Positions 37,776-46,030 of a stretch of DNA of 46,030 nt are shown here, piece by piece (position 1 is the stretch's first letter; each line of letters opens with the position of its first letter). The stretch is from Pseudomonadota bacterium (GTDB lineage Bacteria > Pseudomonadota > Alphaproteobacteria > Rhizobiales > CAJQND01). The notes beneath the pieces were generated by a model. It did no database searches. It was not told where the DNA came from and saw only the letters and a program-made list of their open reading frames with translations. The DNA is taken from assembly GCA_039030315.1 (NCBI GenBank), contig JBCCEL010000003.1, positions 1 through 46,030 on the forward strand, in the 5' to 3' direction. A program made the position numbers and the translations under genes.

Positions 37776-37916
37776 GGAAAATCCCGATTGCACATGTCGC
37801 AACAGGGGCACTTTCTGCCTTCTCTCGGCGGCGGTGAGCCCTGCCTCTTTCGGAGAGTGTGGAGTGGAGTGTGTGTTAGGTTCCGGGCACAGCCCCCTTC
37901 CGACAGGCACCTTTTC

Positions 37917-38309
37917 ATGAAAAAGATCATCGCCCCCACCGGCATGCCGCCGCCGGCGAGCCACTACGATCACGGTGTACTTGTGCCCGCGCCCCGTGAA
38001 ACGCTCTACCTTGCCGGTCAGCTCGGCACGCGGCCGGACGGCACGATCTCCGGTACATTTGAGGAGCAAGCGCAGCAAGCCTGGCGCAATGTCCTCCTTC
38101 TGCTTGATGAGGCGCAGATGTCAGTCGGCGATATCGTGAAGGTGACATCCTTCCTCGTCCACCGCGAGCACGTGGAGGCATATGTCGCCTGCCACAAGGA
38201 TGCTGTTGGAGACCACAAACCGCCATGGACTCTGCTCATCGTCGCAGGGCTCGGCAGTCCGGACTATCTGGTCGAGCTGGACGTTACAGCGGTGCGCCTG
38301 CCGGAGTGA
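37917..38309 (+). CDS. RidA family protein
   Basis: YDHGV, LYLAGQLG, EQAQQAWRN, DIVKVTSFL, PPWTLLIVAGL, LVELD; Trp in place of the catalytic Arg. Confidence 0.85.
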   Translation: MKKIIAPTGMPPPASHYDHGVLVPAPRETLYLAGQLGTRPDGTISGTFEEQAQQAWRNVLLLLDEAQMSVGDIVKVTSFLVHREHVEAYVACHKDAVGDHKPPWTLLIVAGLGSPDYLVELDVTAVRLPE

Positions 38310-39152
38310 TCACTTCTGCGGTCCGAGGAAGGACATTTCCCGCTCCGCCAGGAAGACATTCGAGTAGAGATTCGCAATCCACTGCCGGCCACTCGCCGTC
38401 GCCTGCAGATAGCGGATCGCCGTCTGGATGTGGGGGGCGACGGAGTTCCAGTAGAACTGGGGGTACTTGTGGACCAGATCGGCCGGGCTGTCATAGCCGA
38501 GCTGCTTGTTGAGGCCGGCTTCCTCGAACTCCCAGTAAAGTGCATTGGCCTTGCGGATATAGTGCGGATCGCCCAACTGGCCGATCAGGTCCGCGGCCCG
38601 CATGAGGCTGACTTCCTCCGCCTCGCTGTCGTCATCGGGGATCATGCACGGAAACCGCGATCCCTCGACCATGCGGGCGATGCGGTCCGCGTCCAGCAGA
38701 CCGATGTCGCGGATCCGGTCCAGCACATAGAGCTTCGAGCGGTCCACATGATAAGGCGAAAGCGCAGCATCGGACGAACCGCGCGGCAGTTTCACCTTCT
38801 CGCCCTCCGCATTGATGACATAGCCGTCGTCCCCGTCCTTCAGGAGGATACCGCGCACATAGCCGATATCGTGGGTCAGACAGGCGATAATGAGGTGCGC
38901 GTAGTCCTCTGGCTCCATATGCGTGCGCAGGGCGCGGCCGCGCATGATGTCGTGGCCGGCGAAAGTCACGAGCATGGTGTGCTCGATGTTGTGATAGAGC
39001 GCATCCGAGTTACCGATGCTTTCCAGCGCAATCCGCGCGATGGACGGCACGAGCTCGGCGAGTTCCGCATTGGAGGAGCCGAAACGACGCTGCATATAGG
39101 AGGTCAGGAAATTCCCCAGGGAATCTGCTGCAAGCTCGGGAATGGTCGCCAT
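38310..39152 (-). CDS. HD-domain metal-dependent phosphohydrolase
   Basis: DALYHNIEHT, HDIGYVRG, YHVDRSK, AADLIGQLGDP; alternative GTG start 39182. Confidence 0.82.
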   Translation of the reverse strand: MATIPELAADSLGNFLTSYMQRRFGSSNAELAELVPSIARIALESIGNSDALYHNIEHTMLVTFAGHDIMRGRALRTHMEPEDYAHLIIACLTHDIGYVRGILLKDGDDGYVINAEGEKVKLPRGSSDAALSPYHVDRSKLYVLDRIRDIGLLDADRIARMVEGSRFPCMIPDDDSEAEEVSLMRAADLIGQLGDPHYIRKANALYWEFEEAGLNKQLGYDSPADLVHKYPQFYWNSVAPHIQTAIRYLQATASGRQWIANLYSNVFLAEREMSFLGPQK

Positions 39153-39316
39153 TTTCGAACTGGTCTTGGTCACCGGGAGCACTCACCTACTGTCCACTGC
39201 TGATCCTAGCCCCATGCAGAGCGATTGTCTTGCAGGGATGACATCCCCCCGGAACGCGCGCATGGTTCAGATGAGAGCAAGGACCGCCCCCTGGTTTCCA
39301 TAAGCCGAGTCTGGCG

Positions 39317-40525
39317 TTATTCCGCCTGCGCTTCCATCAGCGCCACGAACCGTTCAAACAGATAGAACGAATCCTGCGGTCCCGGAGAAGCCTCCGGATG
39401 GTGCTGCACGGAGAAGATCGGCTTGCCATCCACCGCCAGTCCGCAATTGCTGCCGTCGAAAAGGGAACGATGTGTTTCGGAAACCCCGTCCGGCAGACTT
39501 TCCACGTCCACCGCAAATCCGTGATTCATGGACGTGATCTCCACCTTGCCCGTCGTGTGATCCTGCACAGGGTGGTTCGCACCGTGATGGCCCTGATGCA
39601 TTTTCTTAGTCTTCGCACCCAGCGCAAGGGCGAGCATCTGGTGACCGAGACAGATGCCGAAGATCGGCTTGCCGCTGGCCACGAGCTTCCTGATCTCCGG
39701 CACGGCATATTCGCCCGTGGCCGCCGGATCGCCCGGCCCGTTGGCGAGGAAGATGCCGTCCGGCTCCATGGCAAGAACGTCCTCGGCCTTCGTTGTGGCA
39801 GGCACGACCGTCACCGCACAGCCTGCTTCGGCCAGGCAGCGCAGAATGTTGCGCTTGGCACCGAAATCCACGGCCACGACCTTGAACTTCGGCTCCGTCA
39901 GCCGGCCGAAGCCTTCATCCCACTTCCAGCGTGTCTCGTCCCAGTCATAGCGCTGTGCCGTGGTGACGCCCGGCACCAGGTCTTCCCCCTCCATGGGAGT
40001 CAGCGCCGCGGCACGGGCCTTCAGGGCATCAAGGTCGAATTCGCCGGAAGGATCATGGGCGATCACCGCGTTCGGCATGCCTTTCTCGCGGACCAGCGCC
40101 GTCAGCGCCCGGGTATCGATGCCGCAGATCGCAACAATCCCGCGAGCCTTGAGCCAGTCGTTGAAGTGCCGCGCCGCCCGATAGTTAGAAGGCTCGGTGA
40201 TCTCCGTCTTGAAAACAGCGCCGCGCACACCGGACGATGCCGCCAGGTTGGTCGTCTCGATGTCCTCGTCATTGGCCCCGACATTGCCGATGTGGGGAAA
40301 GGTGAACGTGATGATCTGACCCGCATAGGATGGATCGGTGAGGATCTCCTGGTAGCCGGTCATCGCCGTATTGAAGCAGACCTCGCCGTCCGCCGCATCG
40401 ATGGCACCGAGGCCAAATCCCTCGATCACGGTGCCGTCCGCCAGGACCAAAACTGCCGTCTGCGTCGGCACAGACCACGGTGCAGGCGCGCCTTGGCCTG
40501 AAATTTCAACTGTTGATGTGGGCAT
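39317..40525 (-). CDS. carA: Carbamoyl-phosphate synthase small subunit
   Basis: [45 protein letters not shown]. Confidence 0.97.
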   Translation of the reverse strand: MPTSTVEISGQGAPAPWSVPTQTAVLVLADGTVIEGFGLGAIDAADGEVCFNTAMTGYQEILTDPSYAGQIITFTFPHIGNVGANDEDIETTNLAASSGVRGAVFKTEITEPSNYRAARHFNDWLKARGIVAICGIDTRALTALVREKGMPNAVIAHDPSGEFDLDALKARAAALTPMEGEDLVPGVTTAQRYDWDETRWKWDEGFGRLTEPKFKVVAVDFGAKRNILRCLAEAGCAVTVVPATTKAEDVLAMEPDGIFLANGPGDPAATGEYAVPEIRKLVASGKPIFGICLGHQMLALALGAKTKKMHQGHHGANHPVQDHTTGKVEITSMNHGFAVDVESLPDGVSETHRSLFDGSNCGLAVDGKPIFSVQHHPEASPGPQDSFYLFERFVALMEAQAE

Positions 40526-40661
40526 GTTCGCATCCTGGGCGGAAATTGCGCTCCCGCCGGAATTTTCTGTCTGAGTACAGAAGGTTACGCCTTGATTGGC
40601 CGGAAACTAGGCAGAACGCACGAAAAGGTCAAGCTTCGTTCCACAAGAAAAAAATCATTAA

Positions 40662-40674
40662 TATCAACAGGTTA
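40662..40674. promoter_or_regulatory. Putative IHF site in the carA/YqeY divergent region
   Basis: TATCAACAGGTTA, exact WATCAANNNNTTR match with upstream A tract. Confidence 0.5.
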
Positions 40675-40766
40675 GTTTTCGGCAAAACATTTGATTCCAC
40701 CCGCGCACCTGTTCTATGGTTTTCCTCTCTGTGGCGGAGGGACGCCTGAAGAGGCGTTAGAGCGGG

Positions 40767-41231
40767 ATGACAACATCGGTGCGGGACGCGATCAATGGTG
40801 CGCTGAAGGAGGCCACCAGGGCGCAGGAGAAGCGGCGCATGGCGACCTTGCGGCTGATGAACGCCGCGATCAAGGACAGATCCATCCAGAACAGGACGGC
40901 CGGCAAGGGTGAAGAGGTCGCGGAGGCCGAAATCCTTGAGATCCTCGCCAAGATGATCAAGCAGCGCCGGGAATCGGCGGAAACTTATGACGGCGCCGGC
41001 CGGCTTGAGCTTGCGGAACAGGAGCGCGACGAAATCGCGATCATCGAGGAGTTCCTGCCAAGGCAGATGTCGGAAGACGAGGTCCAGGCCGCCGTAGAGG
41101 CCGTTATCGCCGAAATTGGCGCCGAAGGCCTCAAGGATATGGGCCGCACCATGGGTGCGCTGAAGGAGCGGTTCACCGGCCAGATGGATTTCGGCAAGGC
41201 CAGCGGGCTCGTTAAGGCCAGGCTGGGCTGA
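40767..41231 (+). CDS. GatB/YqeY domain protein
   Basis: TLRLMNAAIKD, KMIKQRRES, FLPRQMS, KDMGRTM; usual alphaproteobacterial position divergent from carA. Confidence 0.92.
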   Translation: MTTSVRDAINGALKEATRAQEKRRMATLRLMNAAIKDRSIQNRTAGKGEEVAEAEILEILAKMIKQRRESAETYDGAGRLELAEQERDEIAIIEEFLPRQMSEDEVQAAVEAVIAEIGAEGLKDMGRTMGALKERFTGQMDFGKASGLVKARLG

Positions 41232-41271
41232 CAGCGGCGCATCCGATGGATCTCAGCCTCAGCGGCTGACT

Positions 41272-41288
41272 TTCAAACATTCTTAACC
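41272..41288 (+). promoter_or_regulatory. CtrA-box-like site
   Basis: TTCA-AACATTC-TTAACC (consensus TTAA-N7-TTAAC) upstream of a pilin gene. Confidence 0.6.
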
Positions 41289-41349
41289 ACAATCACCGAG
41301 GGTGCCCCAGGGGAAGCCGGGATAATTTCCTGATCTTCTGGGGCCAAGA

Positions 41350-41631
41350 ATGAGAAAAAATCGCCGCATTTCATGCCTTCGTGCGTATTCATCTAGCTTT
41401 ATACGTTCAAACTCCGGCGCAACGGCTCTGGAATACGCTGTGATTGCAGCGTTTCTTTCGGTCGCAATCGTTGTATCCGTCCAGAACGTGGGGCTGACAC
41501 TGCACAACGACTTCTACCTCCGGGTCAAGGATGCGTTCGCCTGGGCCATTCCGGACAAGGCGCCGGCGCGCACGATCGCCCAGGATCGTGCGGCAGACCC
41601 GATCGTGACGGGGTCCGTCCCCGAAAAGTAA
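41350..41631 (+). CDS. Flp-family type IVb pilin with C-terminal extension
   Basis: FIRSNSG|ATALEYAVIAAFLSVAIV prepilin motif. Confidence 0.78.
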   Translation: MRKNRRISCLRAYSSSFIRSNSGATALEYAVIAAFLSVAIVVSVQNVGLTLHNDFYLRVKDAFAWAIPDKAPARTIAQDRAADPIVTGSVPEK

Positions 41632-41673
41632 ACCGCCTTTGAGTTCACCGATCCCTTCCCGGTCAACCTGAAG

Positions 41674-41690
41674 TTCATACAAATTTAACC
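41674..41690 (+). promoter_or_regulatory. CtrA-box-like site
   Basis: TTCA-TACAAAT-TTAACC upstream of the pilin paralog. Confidence 0.6.
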
Positions 41691-41750
41691 ATGCTGCCCG
41701 ACCGTTCCGGGGAAGAACGCGGAACTGTGTCCTTGGGGAAATAGGCAGCA

Positions 41751-42032
41751 ATGATATCGGATGACGGAAAAGGCGGCGCCGGAGGCGGCATTGGCGAACA
41801 ACTGAGGTCCCTTGCAGGCGGCAGAGCCCTGCAGATCGCCGGGGCGGCGCTGGTGCTTTCTGTCGTCGCGGTCGAAGCGCTTCATCATCTGCGCCACCAC
41901 GTCAGCGCCGATTTTGTCGTGCGCGTGCAGCATGCGCTGGTGCGCGCCATCCGGAACGAACCACCCGGACGGATTGTCGTCCAGGACCAGGAAGCCGACC
42001 CGGTCATCACCGGCTCGACGCCTGAGCAATAG
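41751..42032 (+). CDS. Diverged paralog of the upstream Flp-like protein
   Basis: C-terminal half aligns without gaps (DFVVRV...ADPVITGSTPEQ vs DFYLRV...ADPIVTGSVPEK). Confidence 0.65.
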   Translation: MISDDGKGGAGGGIGEQLRSLAGGRALQIAGAALVLSVVAVEALHHLRHHVSADFVVRVQHALVRAIRNEPPGRIVVQDQEADPVITGSTPEQ

Positions 42033-42086
42033 GCCGCTCCCGATTGTCACGTTGCGCACGGGGTATGGCGCACCTACCTTGAAGGC

Positions 42087-42788
42087 ATGACGCAACAATC
42101 CGGTGCAACCATGTCCTCCCCCTCCCCCAGAACCGCAATTGTCGATGCAACCCTGAAACTGGCCGCCGACAAGGGCTGGACCCGCCTCAAGCTCTCGGAA
42201 ATCGCAACCGAGGCGGGAGTGACGCTATCCGACATCGCGGAGAATTTTTCCTCCAAGGCCGATATCCTGAGTGCCTTCATGGCCCGCACCGACGCCCAAT
42301 TGCTGGAGCGGCTGGAAGCAGAAGGCATTGATGCTGAACTGCCGCGCGACAAGCTTTTCGATGTTCTCATGTGCCGGTTCGAGCTTCTGGAACCGCACAA
42401 GCCGGCCTTGCGCCGCATCTCTGCTGATCTCAGGCAGAATCCGCAGGACTGGGCTGTGGCCGGGAGCGCCGCCATGCGCTCGCAGAACTGGATGCTGGCC
42501 GGTGCCGGCATTGAGGACACAGGTTTCCGTGCTCTGCTGAAGAGCGGCGGGCTGGCATTTGTCTATTCCCGCGTCTTCCAGACCTGGCTGGACGAGGATG
42601 ATCCTGGTCTGTCGAAAACCATGGCCGAGCTCGACCGCCGCCTGCGCCAGGGCGAAACCTGGCTCGAACGATCCGGTACTCCGGTGGCCATCGGCAATGC
42701 GGTTTTCCAGTTTGCCAAAGCGTTCATGCGCGATAGAAACCGGCGCAGAAGCGGGTCGTCCGGCCCGTCCGCCTCACCAGCCGAATAA
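42087..42788 (+). CDS. TetR/AcrR family regulator
   Basis: IVDATLKLAADKGW...EIATEAGV; RDKLFDVLMCRFE; SKTMAELDRRL. Confidence 0.85.
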   Translation: MTQQSGATMSSPSPRTAIVDATLKLAADKGWTRLKLSEIATEAGVTLSDIAENFSSKADILSAFMARTDAQLLERLEAEGIDAELPRDKLFDVLMCRFELLEPHKPALRRISADLRQNPQDWAVAGSAAMRSQNWMLAGAGIEDTGFRALLKSGGLAFVYSRVFQTWLDEDDPGLSKTMAELDRRLRQGETWLERSGTPVAIGNAVFQFAKAFMRDRNRRRSGSSGPSASPAE

Positions 42789-42796
42789 GACCCTTT

Positions 42797-43153
42797 ATGA
42801 CCAGTTCCTCCCGCGCGCCCGAGATCACCTTCGACGACTTCCTGAAAGTGGATGTCCGCGTCGGCACCGTCACCGACGCCCAGCCCTATCCGGAAGCCCG
42901 GGTCCCGGCCATCAAGCTCTGGATCGATTTCGGCGAGGAGATCGGCACGAAGAAAACCTCGGCCCAGATCACAAAGCATTACACGGTCGAAGATATGGTC
43001 GGCCGGAAGGTCTGCGCCGTCGTCAACTTCCCGCCCCGCCAGATCGGCAAGTTCATGTCCGAAGTCCTGACCCTGGGCATGCCCGACGAGGACGGCGACG
43101 TGGTCCTTGTCGTCCCCGACAAGGACATCCCCAACGGTGGCCGGCTCTACTGA
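42797..43153 (+). CDS. csaA: tRNA-binding/secretion chaperone CsaA
   Basis: ITFDDFLKVDVRVG, SAQIT, VVNFPPRQIG, SEVLTLG. Confidence 0.9.
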   Translation: MTSSSRAPEITFDDFLKVDVRVGTVTDAQPYPEARVPAIKLWIDFGEEIGTKKTSAQITKHYTVEDMVGRKVCAVVNFPPRQIGKFMSEVLTLGMPDEDGDVVLVVPDKDIPNGGRLY

Positions 43154-43167
43154 GCCCAACCGGCACA

Positions 43168-44274
43168 TCACTCAGGCAGCCCCATCCGTCTGCAGGCTGC
43201 CGGAACAATGCGCTTGCCCAGCCGGCGCGAACAGGCGTCGGGCGCCACGGTCTCACCGGTCAGCAGGTCATGTATGAGCTCTGACGGCACGCCAAGCTCG
43301 GGCAAACCGACCGAGTGCTCGTACCTGGCAATCGCATAACGCGTCTTCGGCCCGAACTCACCGTCCGCCTTGCCGTCAAGAAAGTGCAGCTGCCTGAGCC
43401 TGGCCTGAATCTTCCGGATACTGACCGGGTCCCACAGTTTCCGGTGATGCAGAAAATGCGGCAGGGAATCTGCGAAAATTCTTGCCCTCGCCGCCCGGTT
43501 CAGCGTCTTTCTCCGGCCATCCTCGGGGTCGGTGTAACGCGAACTACCGGAATTGACCGCGACAACGACGAGCTTTCCGGAATCGTCCCTGAGAAAGATC
43601 GGAGCGCCGGACGTTCCACTGATGGTGGCGCAGTCATGGGCGACCGCATCATTGCCGAAGTTGACCGCCGGGGTCCTGAAGCGGCACTTGCCGGAATATG
43701 TCCACCGCTGTCCCCGGCGCCGGCGCATGAAGTATTCAGCCGAAATCATCACGGCGTGCTGCTTGCCGTCCAGGGTTCTGGAGGGCAGTCCGAGCATTTC
43801 CCGCACGGACAGGACGGAGCGGCAAACGGGGACGGCCAGCCGGATCATGGCCCAGTCGGATTCCAGTCTGCTGGCGTCCCGTTTCGTCGTTGTCCCCAAA
43901 TAGCTCGAGCGTTTGACCCCGAATGCAATGTTTACCTTCCGGGCCGACGGTGACCTGCCCTTGATCCCACTCTCCCTGAGTCTGCCGTCGTCTTCCACCA
44001 GGAACCTGAACTTGAGGCCCGCAGATCTCCAGCGTTCCTTCCTTGTCTGCAGGCAGTGATGAGACGTAACGGCGACATCGGGCGCAACACAGAATCCCGT
44101 GCAAAGCCCGCCACGGGACCCGAACACCCCTATTCCCGGCAGAAGATGCCTGAACCCGGCGGGTATGGAGGATGTCCTCTTGTTCTTGCCCAGGATATCC
44201 GCCGGTGCACCCGTTGACCAAAGCAGGCTGAAGATCGCGGGCAAGAGTGCAAGAAGTCGACAGAGAGCAATCAT
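43168..44274 (-). CDS. Exported trypsin-like serine protease with C-terminal peptidoglycan-binding domain
   Basis: CTGF...TSHHC, DWAMIRL, HDC...GTSGAP; IQARLRQL...DGEFGPKTRYAI. Confidence 0.8.
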   Translation of the reverse strand: MIALCRLLALLPAIFSLLWSTGAPADILGKNKRTSSIPAGFRHLLPGIGVFGSRGGLCTGFCVAPDVAVTSHHCLQTRKERWRSAGLKFRFLVEDDGRLRESGIKGRSPSARKVNIAFGVKRSSYLGTTTKRDASRLESDWAMIRLAVPVCRSVLSVREMLGLPSRTLDGKQHAVMISAEYFMRRRRGQRWTYSGKCRFRTPAVNFGNDAVAHDCATISGTSGAPIFLRDDSGKLVVVAVNSGSSRYTDPEDGRRKTLNRAARARIFADSLPHFLHHRKLWDPVSIRKIQARLRQLHFLDGKADGEFGPKTRYAIARYEHSVGLPELGVPSELIHDLLTGETVAPDACSRRLGKRIVPAACRRMGLPE

Positions 44275-44492
44275 CACGTCCGCTTTTGCCGGTTCCACAT
44301 GGTCGGTAGAGGTTTGAAATCCCGATCGGATCCCCCGCAGCCGAGCTGCAGCCCCATGCCGCCTGCGATCTTGCCGCAGAATGACAAGGCCGGGAAGCCT
44401 TATGTCCAGGAGGACTGCACCTTTCACATTTCACTTCGCAAAGGCGCAGGATGGCGCTAGTGGGAAAGCCAGACAGCCGGAGCAGCCATCCC

Positions 44493-45596
44493 ATGAAAAT
44501 TGCCAAACTGGAAACCTTTGCCAAGCAGGCCGTCGGCTTTGTCCGCGTCACCACCGATACCGGCGATCAGGGTTGGGGGCAGGTCTCCACCTATCACGCG
44601 GACATCACCTGCCAGGTGTTCCACCGCCAGGTCGCGCCCTATGCGCTGGGCACGGACGCCATCGACTTCGACGACACGCTCGACATCATCACCGAGCGCG
44701 AGCACAAGTTCCCCGGTTCCTATCTGAGGCGCGCCATGGCCGGCCTCGACACGGCGCTGTGGGACATGCGTGGCAAGCTGGAGGACAAGCCCGTGGTGTC
44801 GCTGCTCGGCGCGGAGGCGCGGCCCATCCGTGCCTATGCTTCCTCCATGAAGCGGGATATCACACCTAAGGACGAGGCCGACCGATTGTGCGGTCTGAGA
44901 GACGAATTCGGCTTCGATGCCTTCAAGTGGCGCGTCGGCGCCGAGGTTGGCCGCGACCAGGACGAATGGCCGGGCCGCACAGAGGAGGTCGTTCCGACCG
45001 TGGCCCGCGCCCTCGGCGACGGCATCGCCAAGCTGGTGGACGGCAATTCCTGCTATTCGCCGCCAAAGGCCATAGAGGTCGGCCGGCTCCTGGAGGCGGA
45101 AGGCATCGGCCATTTCGAGGAGCCCTGTCCCTACTGGGAGCTGGACCAGACCAAACAGGTGACGGATGCCCTGTCCATCGATGTGACCGGCGGCGAACAG
45201 GACTGTGATCTGGCGACCTGGAAACGCATGATCGACATGCGCGCCGTCGACATCGTCCAGCCGGACGTCATGTATATGGGCGGCATCAACCGGACGCTTC
45301 GTGTGGCTAGAATGGCGGAGAAGGCGGGCCTGCCCTGCACCCCGCATTGCGCCAACCTTTCCCTGGTGACCATCTGCACCATGCATTTCCTCGGCGCCAT
45401 CCCGAACGCCGGCAAGTACCTGGAGTTCTCCATCGAGGGCGAGGATTACTACCCCTGGCAGATCGGCCTGTTTCAGGGCGAACCTTTCCGCATTACAGAC
45501 GGCAAGGCCCAGATCCCCGAAGCACCGGGCTGGGGAGTGGAGATCAACCCGGACTGGTTCGATGGCGCGGTGCATCAGGTGAGCGAGCTCGAATAG
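44493..45596 (+). CDS. Mandelate racemase/muconate lactonizing enzyme family protein
   Basis: DTALWDMRGK, AYAS, VDGN, FEEP, GGEQ, VQPD, PGWGVE. Confidence 0.9.
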   Translation: MKIAKLETFAKQAVGFVRVTTDTGDQGWGQVSTYHADITCQVFHRQVAPYALGTDAIDFDDTLDIITEREHKFPGSYLRRAMAGLDTALWDMRGKLEDKPVVSLLGAEARPIRAYASSMKRDITPKDEADRLCGLRDEFGFDAFKWRVGAEVGRDQDEWPGRTEEVVPTVARALGDGIAKLVDGNSCYSPPKAIEVGRLLEAEGIGHFEEPCPYWELDQTKQVTDALSIDVTGGEQDCDLATWKRMIDMRAVDIVQPDVMYMGGINRTLRVARMAEKAGLPCTPHCANLSLVTICTMHFLGAIPNAGKYLEFSIEGEDYYPWQIGLFQGEPFRITDGKAQIPEAPGWGVEINPDWFDGAVHQVSELE

Positions 45597-45604
45597 GCCC
45601 GGAG

Positions 45605-46030
45605 ATGAAACTGGAGGGAGAGCGCCTCGCCGGCAGACTGTTCGAAACGCTCGCCCGGCTGACAGCAGACCCTCCCGGCGTGACCCGCGCCGCCTACGGC
45701 GCTGGTGAACAGCTGGCCCATGATCAACTTGCCGCCGCAGCCACGGCCATCGGCTTGGGGGTCACGACCGATGCTGCGGGAAATCTCTACATGACACAAA
45801 CCGGGAGAGACCGTTCCGCGCCCGGGCTCTTCATCGGCTCCCATCTCGACACCGTGCCCCATGGCGGCAACTATGACGGCGCCGCGGGCGTCATCGCCGG
45901 CGTCGCCGCACTCGCCATCCTGGCAGAGACCGGGCAAAGCCCGGCGCAGGACGTCACCGTGATGGCAATCCGCGCAGAAGAGGCTGCGTGGTTCCCCCTC
46001 TCCTATCTCGGCAGCAAGGCCGCGCTGGGC
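45605..46030 (+). CDS. Zn-dependent M20 amidohydrolase (N-carbamoylase/allantoate type), partial
   Basis: Translated by hand: GVTR, DAAGN, GSHLDTVPHGGNYDGAAG, RAEE; runs off the window. Confidence 0.88.
   Translation, partial: MKLEGERLAGRLFETLARLTADPPGVTRAAYGAGEQLAHDQLAAAATAIGLGVTTDAAGNLYMTQTGRDRSAPGLFIGSHLDTVPHGGNYDGAAGVIAGVAALAILAETGQSPAQDVTVMAIRAEEAAWFPLSYLGSKAALG

Noticed and set aside
37780-37916. GGAGT/GT-rich intergenic stretch as a possible sRNA (Qrr analogue)
   Set aside because: No sigma-54 promoter, enhancer motif or terminator found around it

Overview
GC-rich alphaproteobacterial chromosome segment (Hyphomicrobiales-like, judged from carA/YqeY, csaA and CtrA-boxed Flp pilin genes). 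It has housekeeping and metabolic genes at both ends and three accessory blocks. (1) An AT-richer islet (~1.7-4.0 kb) encodes a TIR/TIR-like/nucleoside-deoxyribosyltransferase-like triple-domain protein and a small P-loop kinase, a candidate defence module. (2) An exported WD40-caspase (C14) gene is paired with a membrane TPR gene. (3) A ~20 kb alginate-type exopolysaccharide island carries algD, alg8, alg44, an AlgK-like Sel1 protein, algI, an SGNH protein, algA, a eukaryote-type HAD phosphomannomutase, an unknown exported protein and an RTX/DUF4114 protein; no algE, algG, algL or algF is recognisable. The island also encodes a heme-c/PAS hybrid kinase and a LuxO-like sigma-54 activator. Reading the intergenic DNA shows four sigma-54 promoters, two IHF-like sites and three clusters of a repeated TTTCGA-N3-T(GA/CG)AAA motif. 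A perfect 19-bp inverted repeat pair (17590-17608 / 37714-37732) brackets the whole island. All family assignments come from motif recognition by eye, not database searches.
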